Shown: positions 51,095 to 60,666 of the stretch, piece after piece | How the letters are laid out: every line of letters begins with the position of its first letter | How positions within the stretch are numbered: position 1 is the first letter of the stretch | Assembly: GCA_963662285.2 (NCBI GenBank) | Contig: CAXXMV010000008.1 | Coordinates: 1,152,001 to 1,216,000, forward strand | From: a bacterium | GTDB taxonomy: Bacteria > Hinthialibacterota > Hinthialibacteria > Hinthialibacterales > Hinthialibacteraceae | Direction: 5' to 3' | Length of the DNA stretch: 64,000 nt | Program-made: the position numbers and the translations under genes | Notes under the pieces: generated by a model | What the model saw: only the letters and a program-made list of their open reading frames with translations | Database searches by the model: none | What the model was told of the DNA's origin: nothing

Positions 51095-52009
51095 TTATTC
51101 TCCAATATGCTCAACAAACCATTCCCATAGATATTTCGTTGCGCCCTCTGCATCCACTTGTTTATTATCAATTTGTCTGTGAAACATTCCTAATTCACCT
51201 ATTTTCAAGAAAATTTCATAGCCATTATCTTCAACTGAGATTGAATCATTAAATGAATTATCATGATCGAAATCTAATGTATTCTCATTATAATAAATCT
51301 GCTCGCTGCCCATCATGCTGCCGATCCAGATTTTGCATGATTCCTTTGATTCTCCATCCACATATATTTTTGCATTAAATTTTGCGTTGGTGATATGGTT
51401 GATATCTGTTTCAACATGCTGATTTTCTGATTCAAGTGCTTTTAATGCTTGCTCAAAATATTTTTCTATATAATCAAATGAATCTCTTAAAAAACGATCT
51501 TTATCTCTTTGAGAGAATTTTTTCTTTATTTTTGTTTTAGGAATAGGAAGATTGTACACATCTGCTTCTTTGGATAGTTCAACATTATTTTCTAGCGGAT
51601 CTTGCTTTCCGAGTTTTTGGTTGATGATTTCAACAATCTTTTCTGGAGTAAAATCCCCATAATTTAAATATCCGATAGTCGCAGGTAATCCAGGAATCTC
51701 AGTATCATCAACTCGCAATGGCAAAATATATTCTCTGTTTTCTTTAAATGCCCTTGCTTGGGCATTTTGCCGTTCATGATTTGTCCAAGCCTTTTTCGAA
51801 TAGTGTTCTGAGATGATCATCAAGCAATATTGCGCTTTATTTGAATAAACATCTGCTAAATACTCGTATAAGTCCTTACCCCACAACTTAGCCAGTTCAA
51901 ATTCATCATAGAATACGCTTATATTCTCTTGCTTAAGCAAACGAGCAAGAGTCTCTGCAATATCTCTGTTTTCACCTGCAAAGGAGATAACTATATCGTA
52001 TTCTTGCAT
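51095..52009 (-). CDS. TIR-domain protein
   Basis: YDIVISFAGENR..VFYD..IISEHYSKKAWTNHE (catalytic Glu position)..ILPL. Confidence 0.88.
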   Translation of the reverse strand: MQEYDIVISFAGENRDIAETLARLLKQENISVFYDEFELAKLWGKDLYEYLADVYSNKAQYCLMIISEHYSKKAWTNHERQNAQARAFKENREYILPLRVDDTEIPGLPATIGYLNYGDFTPEKIVEIINQKLGKQDPLENNVELSKEADVYNLPIPKTKIKKKFSQRDKDRFLRDSFDYIEKYFEQALKALESENQHVETDINHITNAKFNAKIYVDGESKESCKIWIGSMMGSEQIYYNENTLDFDHDNSFNDSISVEDNGYEIFLKIGELGMFHRQIDNKQVDAEGATKYLWEWFVEHIGE

Positions 52010-52028
52010 TAAAAAACCTCTCTTCAAC

Positions 52029-54059
52029 TCAAAATCTACCCACAGCCTTCCTTACAGCATCTTCCGGATCGTTAAAGAAATTAATTTGGAATTTAGAGAA
52101 TAATTCCGGCGGCACGGTATTGATATCACCGGCATTGCTCATTGGGAGCAAGACTCGTTTTGCTCCTGCATCCAAGCATACTTGGAGGGTGTCTGCTAAA
52201 TTGTTGACTTTCGTAATTGTTCCGCCGATAGACATCGATCCAAGGATTACCTGAGATTCTTGCACCGGCAGACTGAGAGCACCTGAGCAAAGCGTAACAA
52301 AAGCAATCAGAGTAAGACCCGAACTGGAACCAATACCATGGAGATCTTGAACATTCAGGTGATAATCCCGTTCCTTGATACTGATTTGGCTGCTAACGTT
52401 CTTCGCATTCGCTCTGAAATAATTAAATGCTAGCTCGATTGCTTCTTTGGCTTTACTGTTCGTTCCTAAACCCGATTTCTCATATTTGCCAGAACCTTTG
52501 ATTACCTGGAGTTCTAATTTAAAAACTCCTATTCGTCCTTCATTCCCCTCAAAAGCACCGTATAAATGGCCTGGTTTACCTTCGCCCTCCGGTATTAATT
52601 TATCTCCTGTCATTTCTGGAACGGAAACATAAAATTCCTCTTGGCTCTCATTATCGATATAGGAAAAATTAACGTCATAGAATTCCATGCCTTGTATCTT
52701 TTTTAACTGCTCTTTTACCCGGCGTCTTCCAATCAGAGCATATTCAAGAATTTCTTGGGAATCTTCTTTAGAACATTCTCCATCTGGATATAGCAATTTC
52801 ATGAGGCCGGAGAACGTTTTGTTAATCGCTATGATATCGCGCTGGTTAAGGTCTTTTCCCATAAGAAAGTGTGTTCTGATCGTATCTGAGAAATTACGCT
52901 TGCGCATTTCACGGAAATATTCTGCCATATAGTCAACAATTAGGCCGTATGAATCGGTAATGAATTCAGGCCGCATTTTGGGGATTTCCCAACCGGGAAG
53001 ATAATGATGCATCCGATCAAAGAATGCGCTGTCGTTATTCATGGCTTCAGGGAATGGCGCGAAAAGATGTGATGTTGCGAGTAGAGATTCAAGTGGCTGA
53101 TTAATATTGCCAACAAAAACCATTGAAGCGTTGGCGTTCTTTTCCTCCTTCCCTCTGGCAAACGAACCGGACGCCATATAATCCTTCATAATCTGGATAC
53201 CATCTTTGTCTTTGAATGTGATCCCAGCAACTTCGTCGAACGCAACTACATCCCACAATCCCACCAAACCGATTGTTCGCTGAGCCATATTGTAGAAGAG
53301 GTTGGCTACTGTGGTTTGGCCTCCTGAAATAAGGATAGAATTTGGAGAAAGTTCTTTATAAACATGAGATTTCCCGGTTCCACGCGGACCAAGTTCGCAG
53401 ATGTTATAGTTATTCTCAACGAGGGGAATCAAACGAGCGAGCAGATGCCATTTAACCTGTGGTTCAAGTTTAGATGGCTCCATACCGGTAGAACGTATTA
53501 AAACGTCAATCCATTCATCCTTGGTGAATGCTTTACGCCCTTTGAATATCTCCTCGATCTCCATGTTAGGCATTTGTATGGGCTTTAAACTCTGAATCAG
53601 AAACGGACTTGCATATTTGTCTTCTTCATCCACAAAGTATTCCATCTGAAGAATACACCAGATGCCGCCGCCAAGGAGTTTATCAAAACGTCGAATATAA
53701 TCAGTTGGGACGTTGACACCCTTGATTCCTAAATTGGAAAAGGTTGCTTCATAGATATCCCTTTTCTCGTTCAATTTCACGGATACGTGATCAATAACAG
53801 AGTATCGCCCAGTTTCACGAATTTTGGACTTCACCTTTTCGGCTTCATCAGGGCGGATGTAATTATCGGCGAGAATTGATTTGACTTTTGTTAATCCTTC
53901 ATTGATGCTGGTCTCGTCATCGGTGGCGCAGTACATCCCCAGCAAATATTCCAACACATATACTGGGACGTTGTTGCAATCCTTCAGTAATTTTGTGAGG
54001 TCTTTACGCACGACGCGTCCGGAGAAGTGTTGGTTAAGTTTTTGATCAAGCGTATCCAT
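52029..54059 (-). CDS. brxL: BREX Lon-like protein BrxL
   Basis: GRVVRKDL, VPVYVLEYLLG, ELGPRGTGKSH, VAFDEV, Lon-like C-terminus. Confidence 0.95.
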   Translation of the reverse strand: MDTLDQKLNQHFSGRVVRKDLTKLLKDCNNVPVYVLEYLLGMYCATDDETSINEGLTKVKSILADNYIRPDEAEKVKSKIRETGRYSVIDHVSVKLNEKRDIYEATFSNLGIKGVNVPTDYIRRFDKLLGGGIWCILQMEYFVDEEDKYASPFLIQSLKPIQMPNMEIEEIFKGRKAFTKDEWIDVLIRSTGMEPSKLEPQVKWHLLARLIPLVENNYNICELGPRGTGKSHVYKELSPNSILISGGQTTVANLFYNMAQRTIGLVGLWDVVAFDEVAGITFKDKDGIQIMKDYMASGSFARGKEEKNANASMVFVGNINQPLESLLATSHLFAPFPEAMNNDSAFFDRMHHYLPGWEIPKMRPEFITDSYGLIVDYMAEYFREMRKRNFSDTIRTHFLMGKDLNQRDIIAINKTFSGLMKLLYPDGECSKEDSQEILEYALIGRRRVKEQLKKIQGMEFYDVNFSYIDNESQEEFYVSVPEMTGDKLIPEGEGKPGHLYGAFEGNEGRIGVFKLELQVIKGSGKYEKSGLGTNSKAKEAIELAFNYFRANAKNVSSQISIKERDYHLNVQDLHGIGSSSGLTLIAFVTLCSGALSLPVQESQVILGSMSIGGTITKVNNLADTLQVCLDAGAKRVLLPMSNAGDINTVPPELFSKFQINFFNDPEDAVRKAVGRF

Positions 54060-54068
54060 AATCAGTCC

Positions 54069-56627
54069 TTAAAAATCATCGAAATCACTCATGATTCCGA
54101 CGTTTACGTCAAATGGGATCGAATCATATTCCATTTGCGTTTCATCATCGATCAATCGTAGCTGATATTTGCCATTTTTAACGCCAGTCATTAATTTAAG
54201 CCGAATTGTAAATGTCCGATTATCGGCTTGATCTGAGTCACGATCTGCATGGAGAATCTCTTCGGTGGATACTGCTTTCCCCTCTTGATCCCACAATGAA
54301 ACTCGAAGCAATCGCGGGAGCATCTTGGAAGATATCTTTTCTGTTTGGAAGAAATTCAAAGTAAATATATTATTGGTGATCTTCTTATTAGTATTCGTTA
54401 ACGTCAGGTCTACTTTCTGAGTCTCTTTCGCCTTTTGTGATTGTTTTCTGGCATGAGTGTATTGAAGAACCGGTATGACAATTTCTTGTAACGATGTTCC
54501 ACCATGAACAAATAGGCTGCCACCGGAGTGCTTGAATCGGATATTTCCTCTTGGCGCATAAGCAACCAAATTTGATTCTTTTCCGAAGATTGATTTCAAG
54601 GAAATTTGCAGCGAACCTTCTACCGGCTCGCCTTGTTCGGCTAAAAGAAAACGCCGGTTATTTATAATACCATTAACGCCTGATTTCTGGATTTTATCAC
54701 TTTCATGGATCTGGCTTTTTTGGAAAAGAAAACCGTGATCGGCGGTTATAATCACATTCGTTGTATTGAGTGAGTTAACGATTTTTCTAACGCCTTCAAT
54801 GATCTCTTGGATTGCATCATCGACAGCACTGAAGATTTTTGATTCCGTTTCCGGTTTTTCTCCAATCGCGTCAATGGTATTGTGATAGAGATAGACAACC
54901 CGGCAATCCCGGACTAACTCACGAGATTCATCTTTCGAAGAAGAGAGCAAATCACTTAGTTTTATCGCCACGGAACCTTCGAAAGCGTTTTTTAGAACAG
55001 AATCGCGATGAGGAGTAGAAGAGGTATCGATCCCATCAACACAAATCTTGTTCTTATCGCTGAGGGAAATCTCTTTATTGGGAAGCAAGGCTGCCATGCC
55101 CAATCCCGTGAACGAGGGAACGCAGCCCAGCATATAGTCCAGCGATGCTTCCCCTCGAAGTTCCTTCATTAGTTCCGCTTCTAACTCTTTTGCGATTTCA
55201 TAGCGGAAGGCGTCGGAAATGATAACGAAAATTTTCTTGCGGTCGTTCTTTTGAAGCACTCTATTTTTAATGTAAAAACGGTAGAAATCTTTTTGTTGAC
55301 GAATGCCGTCTATTAGCCAGCGTTCTGTCAGGTTTTCCTGGATAATATCCGACCAAGTATGAGAAAGGTTTTCCAGGAACCAATTACAATAAAGATCGTC
55401 AATTTTGGGCGAGAGGTTTTTAAGAATATCGCTGCTAACCTTGTCATAATACTTGAAGAAATGACGGTAGAGTTGATCGGCTCGGTAATAATCACCTGTA
55501 TACTGTTCGATCATTACTTCAGGCGGTAGTTTCGGAAATTTTCCTGTGAATCGATGTTTGAAGCGGAATAGATGAATCGCTGCTTCAAGCGCCATGTAGA
55601 CATCCAAAAAGGAACTGTACCAATGCAAGGTTTTCCGCATTGAGATCCACGACAACCAGGTCTCGTAGTCTTCTTGATCATCCAATAGTTTATTAACAAT
55701 GCCTAAAATGATGATCTTGTCAAAGAATTCAAAGGTATCGGCTTCCAGGCATTCTTCTGGTTGCCAGGATTCAATCTGTTTCTTTATCTCTAATTCATTG
55801 AACGCCTGGATGGAAAGGTAATCATACAGTTTCGCGTGTTCTTTATGATTCTCCCAATGATCGATTAGGACTTGGGCGTTATTGCGCTTGTGGAGCATAA
55901 AATGCGCCCAGCCGTTTGGAGTGGATCGTTTCAATTGAGTCGCAGTGACGGTTAGTACAAGGTTAAAGAACAGTTTCTTCAAAGTTGGCGTCTCTGATTC
56001 GTATCCCAAGTATTCTTTGACGAATTGCCAAAAGACGGTTTCTCCAGGAAATTTGGCGATCTGCTGATAACGCTCATTATCTTCTTCATCAATCTTATCT
56101 AAAAAGATTGAAAAGAGGATCGATTCAAAATCGATCATTTTACAGCGGCAGACAACCGCCATCATGGCCAGTTGGATCTCTTTTTCAGAGCCTAATGGAA
56201 CATCTATATTCTTCAGGGCTTGATTACGGGCTTTGTTATCAAAGAATTGGAGGTTTTCTTTGATAATGGGTTTGAGCGCAAGCATCTCGATGCCTAATTC
56301 ATCCATAATGATGGAGGAACGGTCTGCGCTGAACTCTTCTGAATAGAGCAAGATATCCAGTATCCAGTTTTCCCGGAAATCTGGTTTTGGAGCAGAAGAA
56401 TAAACTACATAATTCGATTCGGTATCTTTTTCTTCCAGCGTATGTTTGATCTCGAAATAATTGTTGTCGATCACAAGCAGTTTTGCATCTCCGAAATCGA
56501 TTTTATCCAGATCGTTTTGGAATTCCCCTTCATCATCGTACCAGAAGAGAATGCGGCGCTTGTATGGATGCTTAATAGGGGCTTCGAAACGTTTTGCTAA
56601 TGCTTGGTTGACTTTTTCCAGATTCAT
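54069..56627 (-). CDS. pglZ: BREX PglZ alkaline-phosphatase-superfamily protein
   Basis: IISDAFRYE, PSFTGLGMAALLP, TADHGF, FVHGG. Confidence 0.95.
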   Translation of the reverse strand: MNLEKVNQALAKRFEAPIKHPYKRRILFWYDDEGEFQNDLDKIDFGDAKLLVIDNNYFEIKHTLEEKDTESNYVVYSSAPKPDFRENWILDILLYSEEFSADRSSIIMDELGIEMLALKPIIKENLQFFDNKARNQALKNIDVPLGSEKEIQLAMMAVVCRCKMIDFESILFSIFLDKIDEEDNERYQQIAKFPGETVFWQFVKEYLGYESETPTLKKLFFNLVLTVTATQLKRSTPNGWAHFMLHKRNNAQVLIDHWENHKEHAKLYDYLSIQAFNELEIKKQIESWQPEECLEADTFEFFDKIIILGIVNKLLDDQEDYETWLSWISMRKTLHWYSSFLDVYMALEAAIHLFRFKHRFTGKFPKLPPEVMIEQYTGDYYRADQLYRHFFKYYDKVSSDILKNLSPKIDDLYCNWFLENLSHTWSDIIQENLTERWLIDGIRQQKDFYRFYIKNRVLQKNDRKKIFVIISDAFRYEIAKELEAELMKELRGEASLDYMLGCVPSFTGLGMAALLPNKEISLSDKNKICVDGIDTSSTPHRDSVLKNAFEGSVAIKLSDLLSSSKDESRELVRDCRVVYLYHNTIDAIGEKPETESKIFSAVDDAIQEIIEGVRKIVNSLNTTNVIITADHGFLFQKSQIHESDKIQKSGVNGIINNRRFLLAEQGEPVEGSLQISLKSIFGKESNLVAYAPRGNIRFKHSGGSLFVHGGTSLQEIVIPVLQYTHARKQSQKAKETQKVDLTLTNTNKKITNNIFTLNFFQTEKISSKMLPRLLRVSLWDQEGKAVSTEEILHADRDSDQADNRTFTIRLKLMTGVKNGKYQLRLIDDETQMEYDSIPFDVNVGIMSDFDDF

Positions 56628-56633
56628 AATGAT

Positions 56634-56894
56634 TTAACGGTACGATCCCCCTCGCGTAGTAATCGATTCAATAATTACGATTTTTTTTTCATGGTTAATC
56701 GCGAACACGATTCTCCAGTCGTCAAGACGATATCTCAAACAATGGGACAAAGCGCCTTTGAGTGATTTTATATTATTGTGTTGAAACTCACCTGATTCGA
56801 GTTTCTCTAAAACGTGATCAACTCGATTCCGTGTTTTACTGTCGAGATGAAGATAGGCTCTCTTGGCTTGAGTGGTTAAGCGGATTTCATACAT
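56634..56894 (-). CDS. RelE/ParE-family toxin
   Basis: MYEIRLT..IKSLKG..LRYRLDDWRIVF..RGGSY. Confidence 0.88.
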   Translation of the reverse strand: MYEIRLTTQAKRAYLHLDSKTRNRVDHVLEKLESGEFQHNNIKSLKGALSHCLRYRLDDWRIVFAINHEKKIVIIESITTRGGSYR

Positions 56895-57123
56895 TTTTTT
56901 GTATGTCCCGCCATGAATGCGTCTCGCCTTTCTTTAATTGTTGAATCCCTTCTTCGATATCTCGTCTCATGCCCGGGTCACTGAGAAGTTCCATCGTCGC
57001 GTCCCATTCATCACGGGAGTGCAAGTATTCCGCGTAGTCAACTACCTGCTCCAACTTTTCAGGGGATAAACACTCAATGGTTTTTTTTAATCGATCTTCT
57101 AATTTTTGAGTTGCAATGCTCAT
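56887..57123 (-). CDS. Putative antitoxin
   Basis: Small acidic ORF overlapping the toxin start; ATMELLSDPGMRRDIEEG. Confidence 0.8.
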   Translation of the reverse strand: MSIATQKLEDRLKKTIECLSPEKLEQVVDYAEYLHSRDEWDATMELLSDPGMRRDIEEGIQQLKKGETHSWRDIQKNV

Positions 57124-57148
57124 GGCTCACCTCACAAATGAATTTAAT

Positions 57149-60100
57149 CTATATTTTAGCAGTAAGTTCTTGGAATTTCGCATAGTTTACCTTCACGCCG
57201 TCATCGAGGTCGATTTCGATCTGCATATCCGCATAGTGGCGTAGGAGTTCGTCGTATTTACGGAGTTCTTCCTGTTGTTTTTTTAGCCGGGTGATTTCCT
57301 TTTGGGCGTTGCTTTTATCGCGGGCATTGGCGTTTTCTGTTGTTTGGTTCAACTGTTGCAGGCGGATTTCTATTTTGCCTTGATGCTCGTGCAAGTAATC
57401 GGTTCTCATGCGGGAAAGTGTTGATTTATCGTAGCGGTGCATGTAGATCAGTGCGTTGAAGGCTTTTTGCTTGCCAGATGTGAATAACCAATAGATGGGG
57501 CGTTTCTTGTAGACTTGGGTATGATCTTTATAGAACTGTCCCACGAAATACCGGCGGATGGCTTCCACTGGATTCTCGTTGCTCTTTTGTCCGAACGTGG
57601 CTGCGATGTATTGAAGGTTCTCTTGCAGGGATGCTTCGCCGAACGAAACCTTCATGAACTCGACAAAACGGGAAACGATGTCATCTTCAAAGTAGTCCGC
57701 ATCAAGGATGGGGATAATATTATCATCATCGGCGGGGAAAGTGGAATACTTGGATATGTCAAACTCTCCCCCTGCATAAGCAAGACCTTCTTGATCCAGC
57801 GAATAGCGTCCGAACATGCAACCAACAGCATAAGAGATAAAAGACTTGATATCCCGTTCCCGGTCGGCGTTACGGATGGTAATTTCTTCATCAGGCACAT
57901 CAGGTGTAAGTTCGTCTTGCAGCCCATAGATGTCGATGAAGATGCGGTTTAGTTCTTCTTCGTTTGATTTAAGTTGCTGGAACTGCTGCTCAGAAAACTT
58001 ATTCCATTTATCAAAAGAATTCTTTAATGAGCTATCTTCTTTATGTTTCAAAAGCGGATGAGTCTCAAAATCCCAGGAAGTCTCAAAAGAATTCCAGTCA
58101 TATTTCGAGATAGATATATTATTCTCAATTATAGGAATTATAGTGTTTTTGATTTTATCCGATACTGTTTTTAGCGGTAAATTGCCTATATTCCATGCTT
58201 GAAAATTCAATGTAGGATTTATCGCTTGAAGGAAAGATTTCGTAACATCTGTATTTAAAAACGAAAGTAAAATCTTTACCGTATTCACATCAGAAAATGC
58301 TGCTGATCCTCCTGCATCAAATAAACAACCACATTCAATAAACCTTACAGAGAAATCTGAAGATGATACAGATGACCAATTCACATTTGCTTTAAAGATA
58401 TAATCATCATTAAATGCATGAGCCGGTATTTTACCATTTTTGTCTTTCGTATTTTTTATAGAAAAGCCGTCATTTTGCCAGTTAACGACATATTCAAGAT
58501 TTCCGTACCATTTTCTAAATGATCCACCTTTAAGATAAGGAAACCATTTTTTCCCACTTAACTTTGCTTCTTCCTTTGAATTAAAACCTATTCCTAAATC
58601 ATTTTCATTTATTTCATGCCATGCTCTTAGAAATAATTCATTGTTTCCAGTGATCATCCCTGCTCTTGGAGTTGCAACTTTATGTATAGGAGATTCTTTT
58701 TGAAAAATTTCTCTAACTGCATTACTAACCCAATAGGCGATAGGCGAGCCAGGGATTTTTTGGAAGTCGGATGTCACCGTTGAGTAACGGTATGACACGG
58801 ATGGATTTTGAATGGCTTCTTTGAAAGCAGAAATATGCTCGTCGTATGTTCTTACGTGGGAAAGATCAAAAAATTCACCGGCGAGGTCTTCTTGTTTTGA
58901 TTTCTTCAACACAAAAGAGACTAATGGAACAAAGGCGGAATCGAAAAAGAAATGATATTCTGGCTTAACCAAACTGATTATTGAGGAGTTATCAATAATA
59001 TGCTTTCGCATCCATTCATAGGATTGAATAAACATCCAGACAAACGGAGTAACCAAACCAATATAGCCATCTTCTTTGACAAACGAGAACATCCTTTCAG
59101 AAAATGCGGCAAAAAGATCAGCTTTAGTATTTGGATAATGTTTTTTAACATAATCCCCTAAAAGAGTGTTTAAATACTTACCGCCAATGTAAGGAGGATT
59201 CGTTACGACAATATGATACTTGGTTGTAAGAAACTCAGATAGTTTCATTAAGTGGTTCAACGCAGGTTTTGAAAAATCATCCAGCAAAGAGAGACTGTCA
59301 TCAACAAATTCAGGTTGATCAAACAGTGAACCATGATAATTCGTCTGAGGTTGAATGAGAGAACCTAGCACCTTACCGTGTTGAAAGTCTTCTAACAATT
59401 GCGTATATGCAATCTCAAACGATTCGATGCCTTCCGAATTTTCAAACGCCAGAATATTAAGATTGATTTCTTCACTCAAAATGCGCCGGGATTTACTCCT
59501 CGCTTTCATCATTAGAGTAAAACAAGTCAACTGAATCGCTCGATCATCGATATCTAAGCCAAAGAGATTCTTCTCCAAAATCATTTTGGGGACGTCACGT
59601 TTGTCATATCCCTTTTCCAAATAGATTTCATAGAGCAAGTCGAAAGCATAAACCAGGATATGCCCCGATCCGCAAGCCGGGTCGAAAAATGTAACCTCTT
59701 CTGGATTAACGTTTTTTAGGATTTTTTTTGAGGCGACGCTATCATCATTAGGTTTAATATAATACTCCATTGCCGAAGAAAGTTTGGATTGAGAATTCGC
59801 TTCCAACCATGCCCGTCCCAGGCTATTATCGACCATATACTGAACAAGCCATTTTGGAGTAAAAAGCTGCGTTACAACCGGGATTTGGTCGTTACGATAT
59901 TTCTTCTTGGCTTTGATCGCCTCATCTTTTCTCTCCGATATGTAATATTGATATAGCCAACCGACGATCTCAACTTCCCGCCAATCCTCTTCAGGGATAT
60001 CTTCAACCATCCGACGTGTAACTGAACCGGCAAATAAGAGATTGGAGGGAAACAGCAGTTCGCTATAACCTTTTACTTCTTCAAAGAGAAACGGAAGGCT

Positions 60101-60583
60101 TTTGTGAAGCGCGTTACATTGGGCGATTATCAATCGCTTATAGAGTTCATCGTCCTTATGTTCCTGTTGCAAGCGATAAATTTCTTCTTTATCAAAAGGA
60201 AGGTCAACCTCTAAGGCGTGAGTGAGTATATCCGGCTGTTTCTTTTCGAGATCATGCGAAGAAAACACTCGAACATTCGTAGGCAGGTAATCATTAACCT
60301 CCATAAAGCGTAAAGCAATAAAACGGTTGAACCAGGTATAAGCGATCTCCTCCATCACCGTGTCGAAGCCCTTGGATACGATTTGCTGAACCAGTTTACG
60401 CCGCTGATCCCGAATCTCTTTATTATGAACTTTGCCATCAATTACAATACCGTCAGAAGATTCCTGCTCCTCCTCACAGATATTCTTCGCCGTGATGCCG
60501 TAATAAGCCGCCCGTTGAGACGCCTGTTCGATGAGCAGTTTCCGCGCTTCAATAGCAAATTTTTCAATCGCTTTTTTATCCAT
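57149..60583 (-). CDS. pglX: BREX adenine methyltransferase PglX
   Basis: AYTWFNR, TQLFTP, DPACGSG, NPPY, KRPIYW, IDLDDGVKVNY. Confidence 0.96.
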   Translation of the reverse strand: MDKKAIEKFAIEARKLLIEQASQRAAYYGITAKNICEEEQESSDGIVIDGKVHNKEIRDQRRKLVQQIVSKGFDTVMEEIAYTWFNRFIALRFMEVNDYLPTNVRVFSSHDLEKKQPDILTHALEVDLPFDKEEIYRLQQEHKDDELYKRLIIAQCNALHKSLPFLFEEVKGYSELLFPSNLLFAGSVTRRMVEDIPEEDWREVEIVGWLYQYYISERKDEAIKAKKKYRNDQIPVVTQLFTPKWLVQYMVDNSLGRAWLEANSQSKLSSAMEYYIKPNDDSVASKKILKNVNPEEVTFFDPACGSGHILVYAFDLLYEIYLEKGYDKRDVPKMILEKNLFGLDIDDRAIQLTCFTLMMKARSKSRRILSEEINLNILAFENSEGIESFEIAYTQLLEDFQHGKVLGSLIQPQTNYHGSLFDQPEFVDDSLSLLDDFSKPALNHLMKLSEFLTTKYHIVVTNPPYIGGKYLNTLLGDYVKKHYPNTKADLFAAFSERMFSFVKEDGYIGLVTPFVWMFIQSYEWMRKHIIDNSSIISLVKPEYHFFFDSAFVPLVSFVLKKSKQEDLAGEFFDLSHVRTYDEHISAFKEAIQNPSVSYRYSTVTSDFQKIPGSPIAYWVSNAVREIFQKESPIHKVATPRAGMITGNNELFLRAWHEINENDLGIGFNSKEEAKLSGKKWFPYLKGGSFRKWYGNLEYVVNWQNDGFSIKNTKDKNGKIPAHAFNDDYIFKANVNWSSVSSSDFSVRFIECGCLFDAGGSAAFSDVNTVKILLSFLNTDVTKSFLQAINPTLNFQAWNIGNLPLKTVSDKIKNTIIPIIENNISISKYDWNSFETSWDFETHPLLKHKEDSSLKNSFDKWNKFSEQQFQQLKSNEEELNRIFIDIYGLQDELTPDVPDEEITIRNADRERDIKSFISYAVGCMFGRYSLDQEGLAYAGGEFDISKYSTFPADDDNIIPILDADYFEDDIVSRFVEFMKVSFGEASLQENLQYIAATFGQKSNENPVEAIRRYFVGQFYKDHTQVYKKRPIYWLFTSGKQKAFNALIYMHRYDKSTLSRMRTDYLHEHQGKIEIRLQQLNQTTENANARDKSNAQKEITRLKKQQEELRKYDELLRHYADMQIEIDLDDGVKVNYAKFQELTAKI

Positions 60584-60593
60584 AATTTTATAT

Positions 60594-60660
60594 TTAGTGA
60601 TTAGTGTGTAGTGTGCAGTGGATAGTTTTAACTACCTACAATACACTCCCCACTATCCAC
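60594..60660. repeat. Inverted heptamer-periodic intergenic repeat
   Basis: TTAGTGA TTAGTGT GTAGTGT GCAGTGG ATAGT..ACTATCCAC. Confidence 0.55.
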
Positions 60661-60666
60661 GGTCCT

